This document shows positions 41,200-54,372 of a stretch of DNA of 64,000 bases, one piece after another (the first letter of the stretch is position 1; every line of letters begins with the position of its first letter). The notes beneath the pieces are model-generated. The model saw nothing but the letters and a program-made list of their open reading frames with translations. It made no database searches and had not been told where the DNA came from. Position numbers and translations under genes: made by a program. The stretch comes from Glycera tridactyla (lineage: Eukaryota): positions 34,720,001 through 34,784,000 of the forward strand of contig OZ286462.1 of the NCBI GenBank assembly GCA_965644265.1, in the 5' to 3' direction.

Positions 41200-43190
41200 A
41201 AGGACATATTGAATGCAGTAAGAGCACTGCACAAAGTTATCCATTATCAATAGCGTGTTGGATTTATCTGGGCGTTCTCATGTCCATGCACAGACAGGTG
41301 CGCAGCCCGCAGTTGAACAACACATCCAAGCCACGTTTAAGCTTATTATTCGAACTGGGTCTACACTCACCACTGGTCTGATTCTGTGTAGCAGACCTAG
41401 CCTCGATTCAATTTCCCTGGAAATATATTTTACATATCCCTTATAGGTGAGACGGGGATCCAGCATTACACCCAATTATAGGAACTTGGAACTTGCAAGT
41501 TACAGATAATATTTTGGGTGCCAAAATGCATCACCCTGGACTTGCTCTTGTTCAGAGTGAGTTTGTTCAGGGCTAGCCATTCCTCAATCTGGTTCATATC
41601 TGATTGTAGTTGTTCATCGATTTTGATTTCACTGGCAGGATTAGCTAATATGGCGGTATCATCGGCGTACATGAGCACGCTGCTATATGACACCACATTT
41701 GGCAGGGCGTTTATGTACAGAAAAAAAGTAGAGGCCCCATGATTAAGCCGTGTTGCACTCTATAGTCGAGCTTCATGTTGTCTGAGATAGTAGTTCCCAC
41801 GTTGGTCGCCTGGATTATGTTTGAGAGGTTATCTTGAATCAACTACATACTGATTGGCGGAAGCCAAAGTTGCGTTACTTTGATACTAAACTACGGTGGT
41901 CAACCATATCAAATGCCCTTTTCAGGTCCAGTAAGAGCACTCCACAAAATTGTGACTGGTGATCCAGTACTTTACCAAATGTGGGCAGTATAGTAATAAG
42001 TCTGTAGTTATGTAAGTCATCAGTTGCACCACTTTTATGAAGAGACGTTACTATTGCATTTTTCCATGGGGTGAGGTAGCTGCGTTGGTCAATGCTTACA
42101 TTAAATGAACTGATCAACTGTTGTCCAAGATTTGGACCTCAAAATTCAGGAGTATTTCATTTCAGAGATGGCTTTCGCATAATCGACACTATTTACTCTG
42201 CATATTTCAAAGAATGGGTCATGACATGTATCATTGCTTGGCTCGATAGTTCATGGGTGGCACCTATCAGCAAGTAGGTGCTCAATATTCACAAAATTTG
42301 TGTTAAAACTTGGCTGCTGTATCAAACTTAGTATTTTTGGTTTATCAACGTGTTTCTTTTCTTTCTTGGCAATATATGATCACCTGAGGGTTGTATTTTT
42401 GGCATATTGCAGCGCTTGGCTGCTTCTCGATTTCATGTTCATGATCTTCACACGAAACATTTTTGCCCAGAATGGTCGGGTGTCAACTGCGCTGAGAAAT
42501 TTATCGTTTGCTTAAGGGGCAAACATTCATGTCGGTATTGGTGAGGACGGCTATTTTGTCTATGTCAGCTCTGAAATTAGCTTCGTTAAAGTTGCACTAG
42601 AATCGGAATGACATCACACTTTTGGACTTGTTCATTTTCTTACTCTTCTTGAAGGCAAAAATAAGACAGTGATTACTAATTCCGGCGTCTAGAATTCCAC
42701 TGTATGTGAATTGTTGGCTGTTATTGCACAGGATGTTGTCTATGCCACCACTGGTAGAGTGAGTGACACGTGTTTGTCTGCTAATGACATTCTCAAGGTT
42801 ATGTTCCAGGAAAAAAATCTGGTATTTCTGATGAAGAGAGTTTTGGAACCACCAAGAATTAAAATGTCGGCCCTTGCCGATTCGTTCAAGCTGACCAAAG
42901 AGTCAGATAATGTGCCTAGGGCTTGTTCTAAGTTGCCATCCGGTGGCCGATATACACAGCATAGATATGCCGGTCTGGTTTGTTTTAATTGCGGTTTCAC
43001 ATATCAATTCAGAATCAGGTGGGGCAGATATATGATACCTGGAGGAACACGTCCATAATGCATCGTTTTCATGGAAATTCCATGCCAAGGTATGAAATTG
43101 CCCAAAATGTTGCAATGTCCCTCTGCCAAATAGATATCCGAATTGACCTTTTCTCCTCTATCCTAACCACAGTGCGTTTGGGCATTATGA
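41200..43190 (-). mobile_element. Decayed L2/CR1-clade non-LTR retrotransposon ORF2 (APE endonuclease + RT)
   Basis: Collinear motifs on the minus strand: LCCVYRPPDG...DILILGG (APE), CNFNEANFRADI, WKNAIVTSLHK...NYRLITILP, LLDLKRAFDMVDH, VQHGLIMGPLLF.LYIN, YADDT (41655-41669), LQSDMNQIEEWLALNKLTLNKSK, GVMLDPRLTY. Many stops and frameshifts. Boundaries approximate. Confidence 0.9.
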
Positions 43191-43522
43191 AAACTTGAGC
43201 TCTCCCACGAATAAACGAAGCCGTCAGATGAGAAGTGGATTGATATGGAGGCGTATATCGGTCATTTGATATTCAACTTCATCCCATATTTATGAAGACC
43301 TATTGCATATGTGGCGCAAAGCAAAACATTGGGGCATGGGGCGTCTCATCAAAGCCACATGTTATTAATGTTCTGTTGCGGTCTCGGCTTCATTATTCAT
43401 CACTCTTCTCCATTTAGCTGGAAAAAAAATGCATTCATCAGGGAAAGATAGGTCTACATAATCACACAGATACTGACACTCACACAACTGTGCATACAAA
43501 ATCAAAGAGACATTTGATCACG

Positions 43523-43525
<3 letters not shown>

Positions 43526-43564
<39 letters not shown>
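43526..43564. repeat. (AC)n microsatellite
   Basis: Read directly. Confidence 0.97.
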
Positions 43565-43567
<3 letters not shown>

Positions 43568-43823
43568 ATATGCACATAGAAAACGCGGAAATAGACGCAC
43601 ACAATCACAAGAATACACACATACACGAACATATACATTAACATACGATCACATTCTCTTTTCACATTCTCTTCCCGAATATCTCAACTGCATGGTTCCA
43701 AGGATTTCACCTATGATAATAATCCGTAGTGTGTGCTCTACACAACTTTTCCACCACCTTTATTCCAGAATGTGATATTTGACTATTGTTTGTTTCAGAT
43801 GTAGATGAGAGTGGCATCATAGG

Positions 43824-43944
43824 ATGTTCCATGTCGCGGCTGTCATGACGTATGGACTCTTACTAGCCACGTTTTTGACCTTGGGAATTATTACGAGGAC
43901 AGAAGGTCAAATGACAGGTCCGCAGGTCTGCAGGCTCAAGTGTG
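43824..43944 (+). CDS. First coding exon of a secreted or cell-surface protein (signal peptide)
   Basis: Acceptor ttgtttgtttcag| before 43799 and donor TGTG|gtaaga at 43945 (phase 1). An in-frame TGA (43806) precedes ATG 43824. Translation MFHVAAVMTYGLLLATFLTLGIITRTEG-QMTGPQVCRLKC has a hydrophobic core and a T-E-G cleavage-like site. Confidence 0.7.
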
Positions 43945-45109
43945 GTAAGATACTTTATTTTAGTCCAACTTCACACTCCCATAGCCACCACTTTCACTAG
44001 CAGCATTATCATCATTAGGGAGATGCGTGGTGTAGTCGTAGAGACTTCACACTCGACCCAAAAGTTGAACAGCTGTGGCTGCCGCTACTCTGAGATGGGT
44101 GACCACGGCTTGGGTGTGAGGATGCAGTACCAGTATGGGTGAATGATACACTTCACCAATCATCATGAACTACATGAGTGGTCTGCCCCTATCCAAGTGT
44201 TGAGCTTCGACATCGGAAGAGGCATGAGCTACACAACACCAGGGCTCGGTGATGGTGTGAGCGTCTATCTGGAATCTGAAAACAATGGCCCTAGTGTCAA
44301 CACAAATCATCTACACTGAACCATCTATACTTAAAAGTACAAGACAAGAGGTTTGAAAATTCAATCACAGGCAGAGAGTTGCACTCTACCAAGATCAGTC
44401 CTGTCACCCACAAACGACTAACAGCAGCAATGGGGAGATCAAAACCTTCAGGCTCTGACAGAGGTACTCGACTGAGATAGGACAAAGCAGTCATACAAAG
44501 AACCGAACAAACAAACATTATCATCACCACCATCCTTATCGTCATCGTCATCAGTATTCATCGTTATATCGATCGACCAACCAACCGCCATCTTCATCTT
44601 CATCTCCAACGTTTTTGCCACGATATTGCCTTCATATCAATGGTCATGACTGTATTTCTCACCATGCTATAGATCAATATAATACCAGTCACTCTTCATA
44701 AGCTGGAGATCATATCTTTCCGTAGGTCAGCAAGCCAGAGGGGAGCACATCGTTGGCGGTAGATGAGAAACCTTTCCTGGATCACATAAATCAGCTGCTC
44801 GAATTAACCGAGTGACATTGCTGACCTTTTCACGCCTCCATCAAGTCAGAGGCCTCGGGCCAAGCATGACTATTAGAGCTGATGCAACACCTAATCTGAC
44901 ATCCACTAGCCCCTGTTCCCAAGCCAATCTAATGTCTAGCCTATCACGAAAACATACAATGGACTCTCCCCTCGCCCTTGGCGGCTACATTCGTTACCGG
45001 GGCCATCAATGTGTAGACTATGTCACGCAGAGTTTGTATACAACCCTGCATATGTGAGGTCTACCAATCATTTGTGTGACCGACCTGTGGTAAGCTACAT
45101 GGCATACAG

Positions 45110-45440
45110 TTTTCAGGGTCTTGTATTGGCAGTAAACCTTACTGGATGCACTGCCAATGTAAGGCCAATGTACCAGGTGAGATCCTGACAGCTGGCATTA
45201 TATGGGACTGTGTATCAGAGCTTGACCACGTGATGCATTCGGACCATTGGCAGGCAGTGTTTATCCGAGTGACCAGTTACGTTGGTTGGCAGGGCTGAAA
45301 GGTAATCGTCTGACCTGGAAGCAGGTCAGTCTCATGTAATGCCTATCAATCATATGGGACCCGAACTAATCAGGTTTTCATATGGTCATCATTTTTCAGA
45401 TGTCCGCCACTGCCCATATAAGACTCTCTCTGTCAGAGTC
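45110..45440. repeat. Older degenerate copy of the 46.3-46.8 kb hairpin repeat family
   Basis: tcagggtcttgtattggcagtaaacctta..ctgccaatgtaaggcc matches the reverse complement of 46724-46778. gtgatgca..gagtgacc..gttggttggcagggct matches the 46286 unit directly. Confidence 0.65.
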
Positions 45441-46285
45441 TCATAAATGACATTGGCCTCATATTGGCAGCGCATCCCATCAAGGATTACTGTCAATATG
45501 ACATACGATCCACACATGTTTGTTAACTATGAATATGCGATATCTCTGTGAGGGTGAATTACCTTATTGGCAGAGACAGCAACCTCGAATAATCTCAACT
45601 TCGATCCAATGCAAACAGTATGGCAGGCATGAACACTGGTGGAACATTTAATTCCGGATCCTATTCTGAGATGAATCCATCACACAACACCTACATAAGG
45701 AATCTCATAGTGTCATGGGTGCATTTTCGACAAGGAATGATGAGTTCCTCTCTGGATATGGCTGGTGTCGAAGAGGGATATGTTGTTCTCTCTCTCGTTC
45801 GAGTAAAAACAATCCTTTTTTGGGAAATGCTGGTTTTTCATTTGGATCATGATAGTTAGGTTCCATCGCGCGTAGTGCTCGGAAGGCACAAACACTGAAT
45901 ACTGTAATATAGTGTTACAGTTTGATACTTTTTCTGTGAGTATTTCATCGATTCCCCTCTAACTTCACGCTCGTTCCACATACGACCGATTGTTTCCCAC
46001 TCGTAGGGGAAAGGTCATGATATCCCTCGCTTGGCTGCTTGAGACATATGGGCTTACCCTAACTCGTGCGATAGGATCCGCCGTATCTTCCATGCACTTG
46101 CTTGAGAGTGTCTATGTCTTCTGGAAGACACATAACAGAATCACACTGATTAGAATGTTATGAACACATGACCAAAAGTCTCAGATAGCATGGGTCATTC
46201 AAAAACGTGGAGATATCCTGAGTTTATTCAAATATCCAAATTTGGAAGTTGCTGAATGTCAAAAGAATACGATCACAGCCAAACC

Positions 46286-46790
46286 AAGTGATGCAAGGGG
46301 GTCTTGAGCATACAGCATTCATCAGAGTGACCCAAAAGACCTGTTAGGTTGGTTGGTAGGGCTAGAATTTGAGTGTTGGCCGGGAAATAGGCTACTCCTA
46401 CATAAGGTCAACTACCCGTATAAGATCCTGACTGCTGGCCTTATATGGGAGTTGGTCAACCACAGGCACATCAAGTGATGCACAGAGATGCTGAGCATAC
46501 AGCATTCATCAGAGTGACCTTGGTGACCTGGTGGGATGGTTGGTAGGGCTAGAAGTTGAGTGTCTGGCCTGGAAATAGGCTACTCCCACATAAGGCCAAC
46601 TACCCATATAAGACCCTGACAGTCGAGGTCTTATATGGGTAGCGATGCTAATGTGGGGAGCGCTCCCAGATAAGAATTACTACCCACATAAGACCGTGAC
46701 TGTCAGGGTCTTATGTGGGTAGCGGCCTTATGTGGGCAGCGCTTCCAGTTAAGGTTTACTACCCATATAAGACCCTGACATATGGGAGGA
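46286..46790. repeat. Composite repeat: two ~187-bp direct units plus ~80-bp hairpin-bearing units
   Basis: caagtgatgca at 46286 and 46472. Perfect 16-bp stems at 46600-46642 and 46680-46722, an imperfect one at 46412 and a truncated one at 46759. Confidence 0.9.
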
Positions 46791-47711
46791 ACTAGCGGAG
46801 TCGCGGCGGACATTCCTCAGCAGACCACACCAGGTGAGTAGGGGATCTGTCTGATCAACACCCCGACGCCAAGAAGCGGATTTGGCGTCGCTGCAAGGGT
46901 GTTCCTTGAGGGACCTTCGCTCCCCATAGAGGAGTCATACCTACTCGCATCTCTGTACCGATAATATCAGCGATAGTGGGATACCAGATTGGTGATTTGT
47001 GACAGTGGGTCAGGACGGCATGGTGGGCTGTGCTATTTGTATACTTTTCATGGTTACCAAACTGCTGTCCAAGGTCAGCCTTCTGCCTGTAACTTTCCAT
47101 TAATCTGACCGTGGAAGATCCATGGTTGTCGAAAGTCAAAATTCATTGCGAGAAATATGGGTGAACACATTCCTCTGCGGCGCTGGTTGGTGTATATTCT
47201 GGTAAAGACTAGTTCGTCTATACCCTTCCTAGATGGTCAGCATTCGGCTGCACCCAATATGTTCGAATCGGCTGAAGATAGTTAATGCTTTTACAGTCCG
47301 TGCAAGCACTAGAGTTCGAGAGAGGTTGAAGGATATACCAACACCTACATTTCCGTGATTCATCTTACCGATTTAACGGACTCTTTTTGCGGAAGCGAGA
47401 CAAGAGAGAGGTAGGCTATAGCTTTCGGTTGAGAGCGAGTGTAATCTGATTATCGGAGCTGTTTAATTGTCGTGCTGGAGGTGATATGCGCCATTCTCTT
47501 TGATGGTGATACCTCTATCGTTACGGCTCGCGGGGATGGGTGTTGGCATCTCTCCGCATCTGCAGCAGCAGCAACTTTAACACTGACAGCTCCAGCATGT
47601 TTAAACAAAGGAAGGAGAGAATCAAGCGGTAGCAAATACTGCAGTTAAGGGAACTTGGTAACTAACTGAATTGCCATTGCCCAACCTCGTCATCGTCATC
47701 GTCATCGTCGT

Positions 47712-47928
47712 NNNNNNNNNNNNNNNNNNNNNNNNNNNNNNNNNNNNNNNNNNNNNNNNNNNNNNNNNNNNNNNNNNNNNNNNNNNNNNNNNNNNNNNNN
47801 NNNNNNNNNNNNNNNNNNNNNNNNNNNNNNNNNNNNNNNNNNNNNNNNNNNNNNNNNNNNNNNNNNNNNNNNNNNNNNNNNNNNNNNNNNNNNNNNNNNN
47901 NNNNNNNNNNNNNNNNNNNNNNNNNNNN
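47712..47928. other. N block (217 bp), probably masked (CAT/CGT)n
   Basis: Preceded by cgtcatcgtcatcgtcatcgtcgt. Confidence 0.65.
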
Positions 47929-48900
47929 GTACAACAACATATCTTCATCTAACGAAACGAGGCTCACAGCTGTTTCCGAAACCTAGCACGAATCCAAGCA
48001 TCGCATCAAGGATTTATGGAAGTCAAAACATCAGAACGATTCCCGTATGTCATGATGGGTATACCTTTATCAAACGAAATAGGGTTAACATTTGTTTATT
48101 AACCCTACCACTACCAAGTACCGCATCAAGAAGTTGCGGAATTCGAAACACCCGAACGGTTCTTGTATGTCAAGGTGTATGGGTCAAGAGTGCTGAGGGC
48201 ACATATCACTTCATCTAGATGGGTGGTGGTACTGTTTTCAGCGATCTCCTCTCACTTCATATACGGAAATGCCTGAAGTCACAGACGGTGCTATACAAAT
48301 CAAGCACTTGCAGTGCCTTGCTTTCAACGAGTATGCCTCGAGGGAAAGAGCATATTGTTTGCTGAACTGTGCATCTGGTGGTAATAACATTCATCATACC
48401 ATGCAGCTCGATGCTTCATCTCTATAATTTCAATCGGAAACAAGGAAATTTGAGAGCCGAAAACGTGTGCCTTCAGAGATGATGTATATTCTTGGATTTG
48501 ATTTGATGGTTTATATCTTGCATATCAAATGCTCGTGCAACATATATGACTTAATCAGTTGAACCCAAACATCAAAGATGAAGTAAATATGAATGTGATC
48601 AAAAGGGAGATGGAAAATGCACAGGGGAAAATATGAAAGATAACCGAAACCGAATAACCGCATATCATACATCAATATACGTGAATTCTTTCGTGAATCA
48701 ATTCGAATACCTAATTCTTAACACTACCTACAGTGAGTCGTACCAGGCGCACAAGCCATCAACATCAAATGGTCAGTACACGAAACTAGTATAGTGGGGG
48801 CAAGCAATCTTGAGCACCGAGTACTTCCTCCATGTTAGTATGGTGAGGTGCATCACATGCGATTTCTGACTCATCCAAATAAAGGTACTCATTCATTTGC

Positions 48901-48932
48901 GTGTGAGTGTGAGTGTGAGTGTGAGTGAGTGT
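48901..48932. repeat. (GTGTGA)n microsatellite
   Basis: Read directly. Confidence 0.9.
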
Positions 48933-51900
48933 TAAAAATGATCTATGTATATCACATAATATAATTCGAGCTTGATATAAAGGATGATCAAGTGGGGTAT
49001 AGAAGCATGCATGAGCAACGGACTATTGATTAGTGGCTACTAAACAATGCATGGAAACGCAACCTGCAGGCACTGGTGTCCCACTTGTGGCTTATTAGCT
49101 CTAACAGACAATCTGTGCCTAACTATAATGCCACTTGAACATGATAAACGGCCACACTAAGAAGACAGATGCATGCATTAACCTTTTCTTCGACGTCTCC
49201 ACAATGTACTGAGTGTCGGATACATGTCCATCAATCCTGCCCGAGATGCATGAGTCCTCATGTGACTTTTCAAGAACCAGGAATGGTGCCGTCCGAATAT
49301 TGACTTTCTACCTACCAAATCGTGTCTTTTTTTCATCGAAGTCGAACAGCTCTGGCGTCATACAGGCAAAGAATAAAACAATCCTATCCGAGAATAGGGT
49401 GATGGTCAGATTTTAGGGGCAAACTGAAACCGAGATACTGGCCAACCCATAGCATAAACACTGACAGAATATCGAGGAGAATCTTCAAAAGACTCTGAAA
49501 TTGATGTATCTGTGATATCTGATATGAAAATGAATCCATCTCGGGAAAAAGTCATAGGATTCGACCTCGCTTTCATCACCTGGCTTTTGATGCTAGAGGT
49601 AGTCCAGCACAGGAACTATGTGGGAACTGCTCCGATTGCCATTCACTGTTGGTAACTTAGATTATTTCGAAATATTTTGACCCGCTCAAACAGAAGACAT
49701 CACCTCATTTATATCACAGAGGAGAGAAGTTGGCCAAAGAGATATGGTACTTGAATGACGAGCTTAACACGACAGTGAATAAGTCAATGAACCACTCTAA
49801 CGACGCCATTTAAATAAATGAAGTGAAGACCAAACAGAAAAATATTGACATGAATATTTAGCAGCTACACAACTGTTCGCAGTTGACCCGAGTTCCGCAT
49901 ATTGGAAGCTAGGGTGATTAATATTGTTTATCTTGCTCCTTCAATTCGGGATTGATGTTCGAAGTTCGTGATGTATTGAAAAAATAGTTATAGTTTCAAT
50001 TTTGGAATATTGTACCATTCGTACCTTTCAGCTATTAATAAATTACGAGCTTCAAATGCACGCAGGCAAGATTACTTCACGAGTAGATCAATCTCTGTGT
50101 GGGTGTGAGTATGGTGGAGGAAGTAATAAATGAAAGTGCTGATTTTATGGATTGCGAGGAGTGCTGTCGATATTTGGCTCCCTGGAGACCAGCTTTCGAC
50201 CCATAAACCAATAGGTGTATGTCGAGTGGAAAACTGTCTCCCTGCAATTACTCGTCGTATTTTCCGCAAACACATATATATGCCATACCGTGTGAATGCC
50301 GGATCAAGCCACCTTCTTCTGTCTTAGTATCCCATTTGATTCGATCAGGCTGCTTTATACCATATATGAATAAAATCTAACTGAACGATGGCGACCTCAT
50401 TCGGGCTTGTGTTTGACAGTCCGACTATGTCTCTTCCGATAGCTTATTTGTATCTCACTTGCAGTTGCAAGGGGTTGTGGGGGGGGGGGGGGGACGTCGC
50501 ATTCTGGCTTCTTCTGATTGAAGAATTGCTCAAGCATTGAGAATACCATTTCATACCATATATTTGAATTTGAGGGGATCCAGATCAATGATGCATCTAT
50601 CGATCGACAGCTTCCGAGAAGCACAATTTCCAATGAAGACATACTGATAAGATGTCTTGTAGTTGTTACCATAGTCATCAGGCCTACTTACACCGACTAA
50701 ATGATGTAACCAATCAGCGCCAATCGCAATATTTTATAAATTTGGGCTGAAGATGAAAATCTGTCACATTCCATAAATTTGAGGTCGTTAGAAGCTTTAT
50801 CGTCGATCTGTCGTGATAAGACAGCTAATTATTTCTCTCGAGACCTAAAGAAAAACATAATTGAATATCCAGTAAATCTTGCTCGCATTAAGCTTGACTA
50901 ATCGTCAGAAGCTGATATATTGTAACTTTTTCGAAAAAACCATATAAATTAACTTTTGGCTATCAATGACTCCCATGCTCTGAATCAGAGATACATTTGT
51001 TGGAGCCTGATCCTTCTGAACACGTCTCAAGCACCAGACTGGTCCGGTCCTCAATTAGATATATTCTCTCTCAAAATTATCGGAATACATATTGACAGAT
51101 GCATCATCATTGTGGAATTCACATCAATATCATCAATACTTGACTGTGTTGAATGGGAAAGTAAAGGATCATCACCAGGAGACCCTATTACTCTCATATG
51201 CTTTGAGCAAAATCAAAATGGTGGGCCACAAAAGTAGAATGCATGTCGATGTAAGCCAACTCCTGTCACATACACACACGCGGACGTGATGAAAACAGTG
51301 GGAGATTTGAATTACTGTCATTCACTTGGTAAGGGATGGTATCTATCCGAAAGTCGACTTAGAACAGAACACGGTCCAATCAAACAACCATCCAAACAAC
51401 CACCTATCCATCAACCCAATCATACAGTTTCTCAACCAAACAAGCAACCGAGTACTAGGTGTTAACATTGAAGCCATTGCCTTATTTTATCTTGAAAAGC
51501 AATCTCAAACAATTTTTCTTTCTCTTGATATATTATCTTACACCTAAAATAGTGTCCAACCTCGCAGATTTCGGTGACCGAGACGTTGGCTCATAATTGA
51601 TACATATGCGTTGCTGCTGCTGTCACTATGAAGTCCATGTGTAAGAAGGGTCTAGAAAAGACACCTGATGCATTATAGATAAAAAAAACAGCGAGTCTCA
51701 CTGGAACATCTCATCATGACAGAACCAATTGCAAAATGCAGCTCAGGCCTCTTGCACGGTAGTCCTAAAAGGTCAAACGTATCTTCATATGAATAAATGA
51801 CCGTCATGCATTCCTTATCCGACCCACTTACCTTCCCCATTCATCTGAGTATATTGAGTGCCTTTTATGGGATTCCACATGGCTCTACACGACTTCCCTT

Positions 51901-54256
51901 TTCCAATTATGAGGGCAGCTGATGCAGCTGATTATAAGATGGGTGACCATTAGAGAGGACAGCGAGCCTGGATACATTGAGCAACTATCAGTGAGCATCA
52001 TATTGTGGACTACATGACACGTCTGACCCACTTCTGTCGAGTCCAAAACACAGAAAAAGACATGGGCTGTACACCAGCAGGACCAGAGGGTTATGTGAGT
52101 GTCTCTCTTGGATCTTTCAAGAATAGTTCCAAGTGAGTGGTAGTACTATAACAAGGGACCACCAACTAGCAATGATAATATCCCGCTCCGGCAAACACAT
52201 ACATATACCTACATCAGGAAGAGAGGATCGAAATTCAATTTGGATAAGGGGTTGTGCCCTATCAGGATCAAACTCACACAAAAATGACTGATAGCTAGAT
52301 CAATGAGATCAGAGCCTCCAGGCTCTGACAGATAATGCTACTGGACTATACGGCGAAACAGTGAAAGAAGAATAATCTATCACATAATATATCTACTAGT
52401 GGATGACAATTCCATACTCTGTAGTGTACAGTTTAAGACTAGTTATAGACCTGCACGCCCTCAGCCACGTCATTTGGATGACATCTATCTTTCAACGCCG
52501 AACAGAATTCAGAAAATACAAAACAATTGAGTAGGCCATGCATTAGCAAGTGTCCTATTATGTACAAGATCTTTTATTTTGTATGGATTCAGCAGAAAGG
52601 GGTCAGACAATAATCAGCTTGAGATGTCTGGCTTTTAGTGTACGCTGCCTGGCATCATTCACACAGTCTGCCGTCTTCGAGCAACGTCCCTCCCTATCTG
52701 TGCATCGTCGTATCCGTACCTTTTCAGACTAGTTATATACAGTTAGTGATTGACGTCCTGTGCAGGGTCAGGCTTCCCGGTGCCGTTTTCCTGTTGATTT
52801 TCCTGTTGGCTCTCACCGTATCTTTTTTTCACTTGTCACTCGTCTTTCATGAATCTGCTAATTCTGATTGATTCTTCCATAAGATTCCTGTCGATCTGCA
52901 CAGTGCGGTCTCAGATATTCTCGGGTGAATTGGCATATCTCGATAGGACACGAAAAAATCTAGTTTTCATTGACCACAAACACACAACATTCTTCTGGGT
53001 CCATACCTGCTGGTACACTTCAACCGTACGAAATCTAACCCTCTACCTTTGAAACTCCCCCTCTTGTCCTTTCATGTGGATTTATATAGATATATACATA
53101 TATATTTGTCGGGAAATGTAATTCTTGTGACTGGTTTACAGTCACTTGTTATAGTATCACCCGTAAGCTGGAACAAGTTTTCAGAGATCTTAAGATATCG
53201 AATAAACTATCACTCAACCTGGTTCAGTGTTACACATGCACGTTTCTGTGCTTTGGGCTCCACCCATTTCAAACTAATATGTTCAGCATAGAGGCTTGCT
53301 CTCCTCAATGTATCTTCCCATCATCATCTTCTCGGAATCTTGACTTGACAGATTATCACAATCTAAACAGAGGGAAACCATTCATTAGGTAAAGTGAAGG
53401 AGGATCTACTATTTGCATAGCATTGTAATGTATTTGTATATGTACAATTCAACGTGGCTTGATGGTGCACAGGATTATCTCGGAATGTCTCACGACTCAA
53501 CTTATTCATCTCATTCAATAACTGCCATCATGTTTATGTCCTGTCACACCCTGAATAATTATAATGAGTCAAACAGAGGCTCACATAAACATCCCGCATT
53601 TTCGGTGATATCCCATTAATACTTACCAGAAAAATACATTCATACCGAAGTCTTACTACTATGGATAGTGTGCTCAAGGTTCACATGTATGTGAGTATGC
53701 ATTGATATATACAATTCACAATGATCGTCACAAACACCTGTGAACTCGAGTTTTTGCTCCAGAGTGACAGTAAATATGGTGCAAGATTCAATGTTTTGTG
53801 GGTAAAACATCACTTGTATAATGTGTAGACTATGCTGATTGAACTGAGATTCACATGCAGCTGAAGTCCTTGACATTGTGACATGCTCATTGTCATAAAG
53901 TAATAGTCAATCATTCGCAATTGATTCTGATGACTTTCGAACATGTTCATGAAGAATCACTTGGTTGTCGATTGCAAGGACGACAGAGACGTAGACGTCC
54001 AATATGGGGAAAATACATCTGACTTGATTCGGATCACTGTTTTGAATGGTGATAAATGACCCACAGTACATGTAATACCAGAAGGATTGACAAAATAGTT
54101 CGAATGATTGATCGAAAATTCTTTGTTTTAATTCATCGTATAAACAGCAGTATAAATAGCACAAGAACGAATGCATCGAAATTAACCAAATTCCGCCAGT
54201 TGATGAACCTGGTCCTGTTATTATCATATCCGTGATCTGCTCAGTGAAATCCATCA

Positions 54257-54372
54257 TTTTGTCTGACATCCATCGATTCTTGCGCGATCAATCGATTGTG
54301 GCGCCAACGACCGATCGGTCGTTGGCGCAGCGCTATCGGCGGATCGCTCAGATCGGTCGATGGCGCGTAAAA
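54257..54372. repeat. CpG-rich foldback with a perfect 28-bp palindromic core
   Basis: 54301-54328 gcgccaacgaccgatcggtcgttggcgc equals its own reverse complement; the flanks show degenerate inverted similarity (ccatcga, gcgatc). Confidence 0.7.

Noticed and set aside
46600-46790. CRISPR-like look (43-bp palindromic repeat plus ~37-bp spacers)
   Set aside because: The spacers are mutually homologous, so these are tandem units. Reported instead as a hairpin repeat.
49540-49650. Kinase-like words KVIGFDLA and GTMWELLRLPF
   Set aside because: They are in different frames and far too close together for the DFG to subdomain IX spacing.
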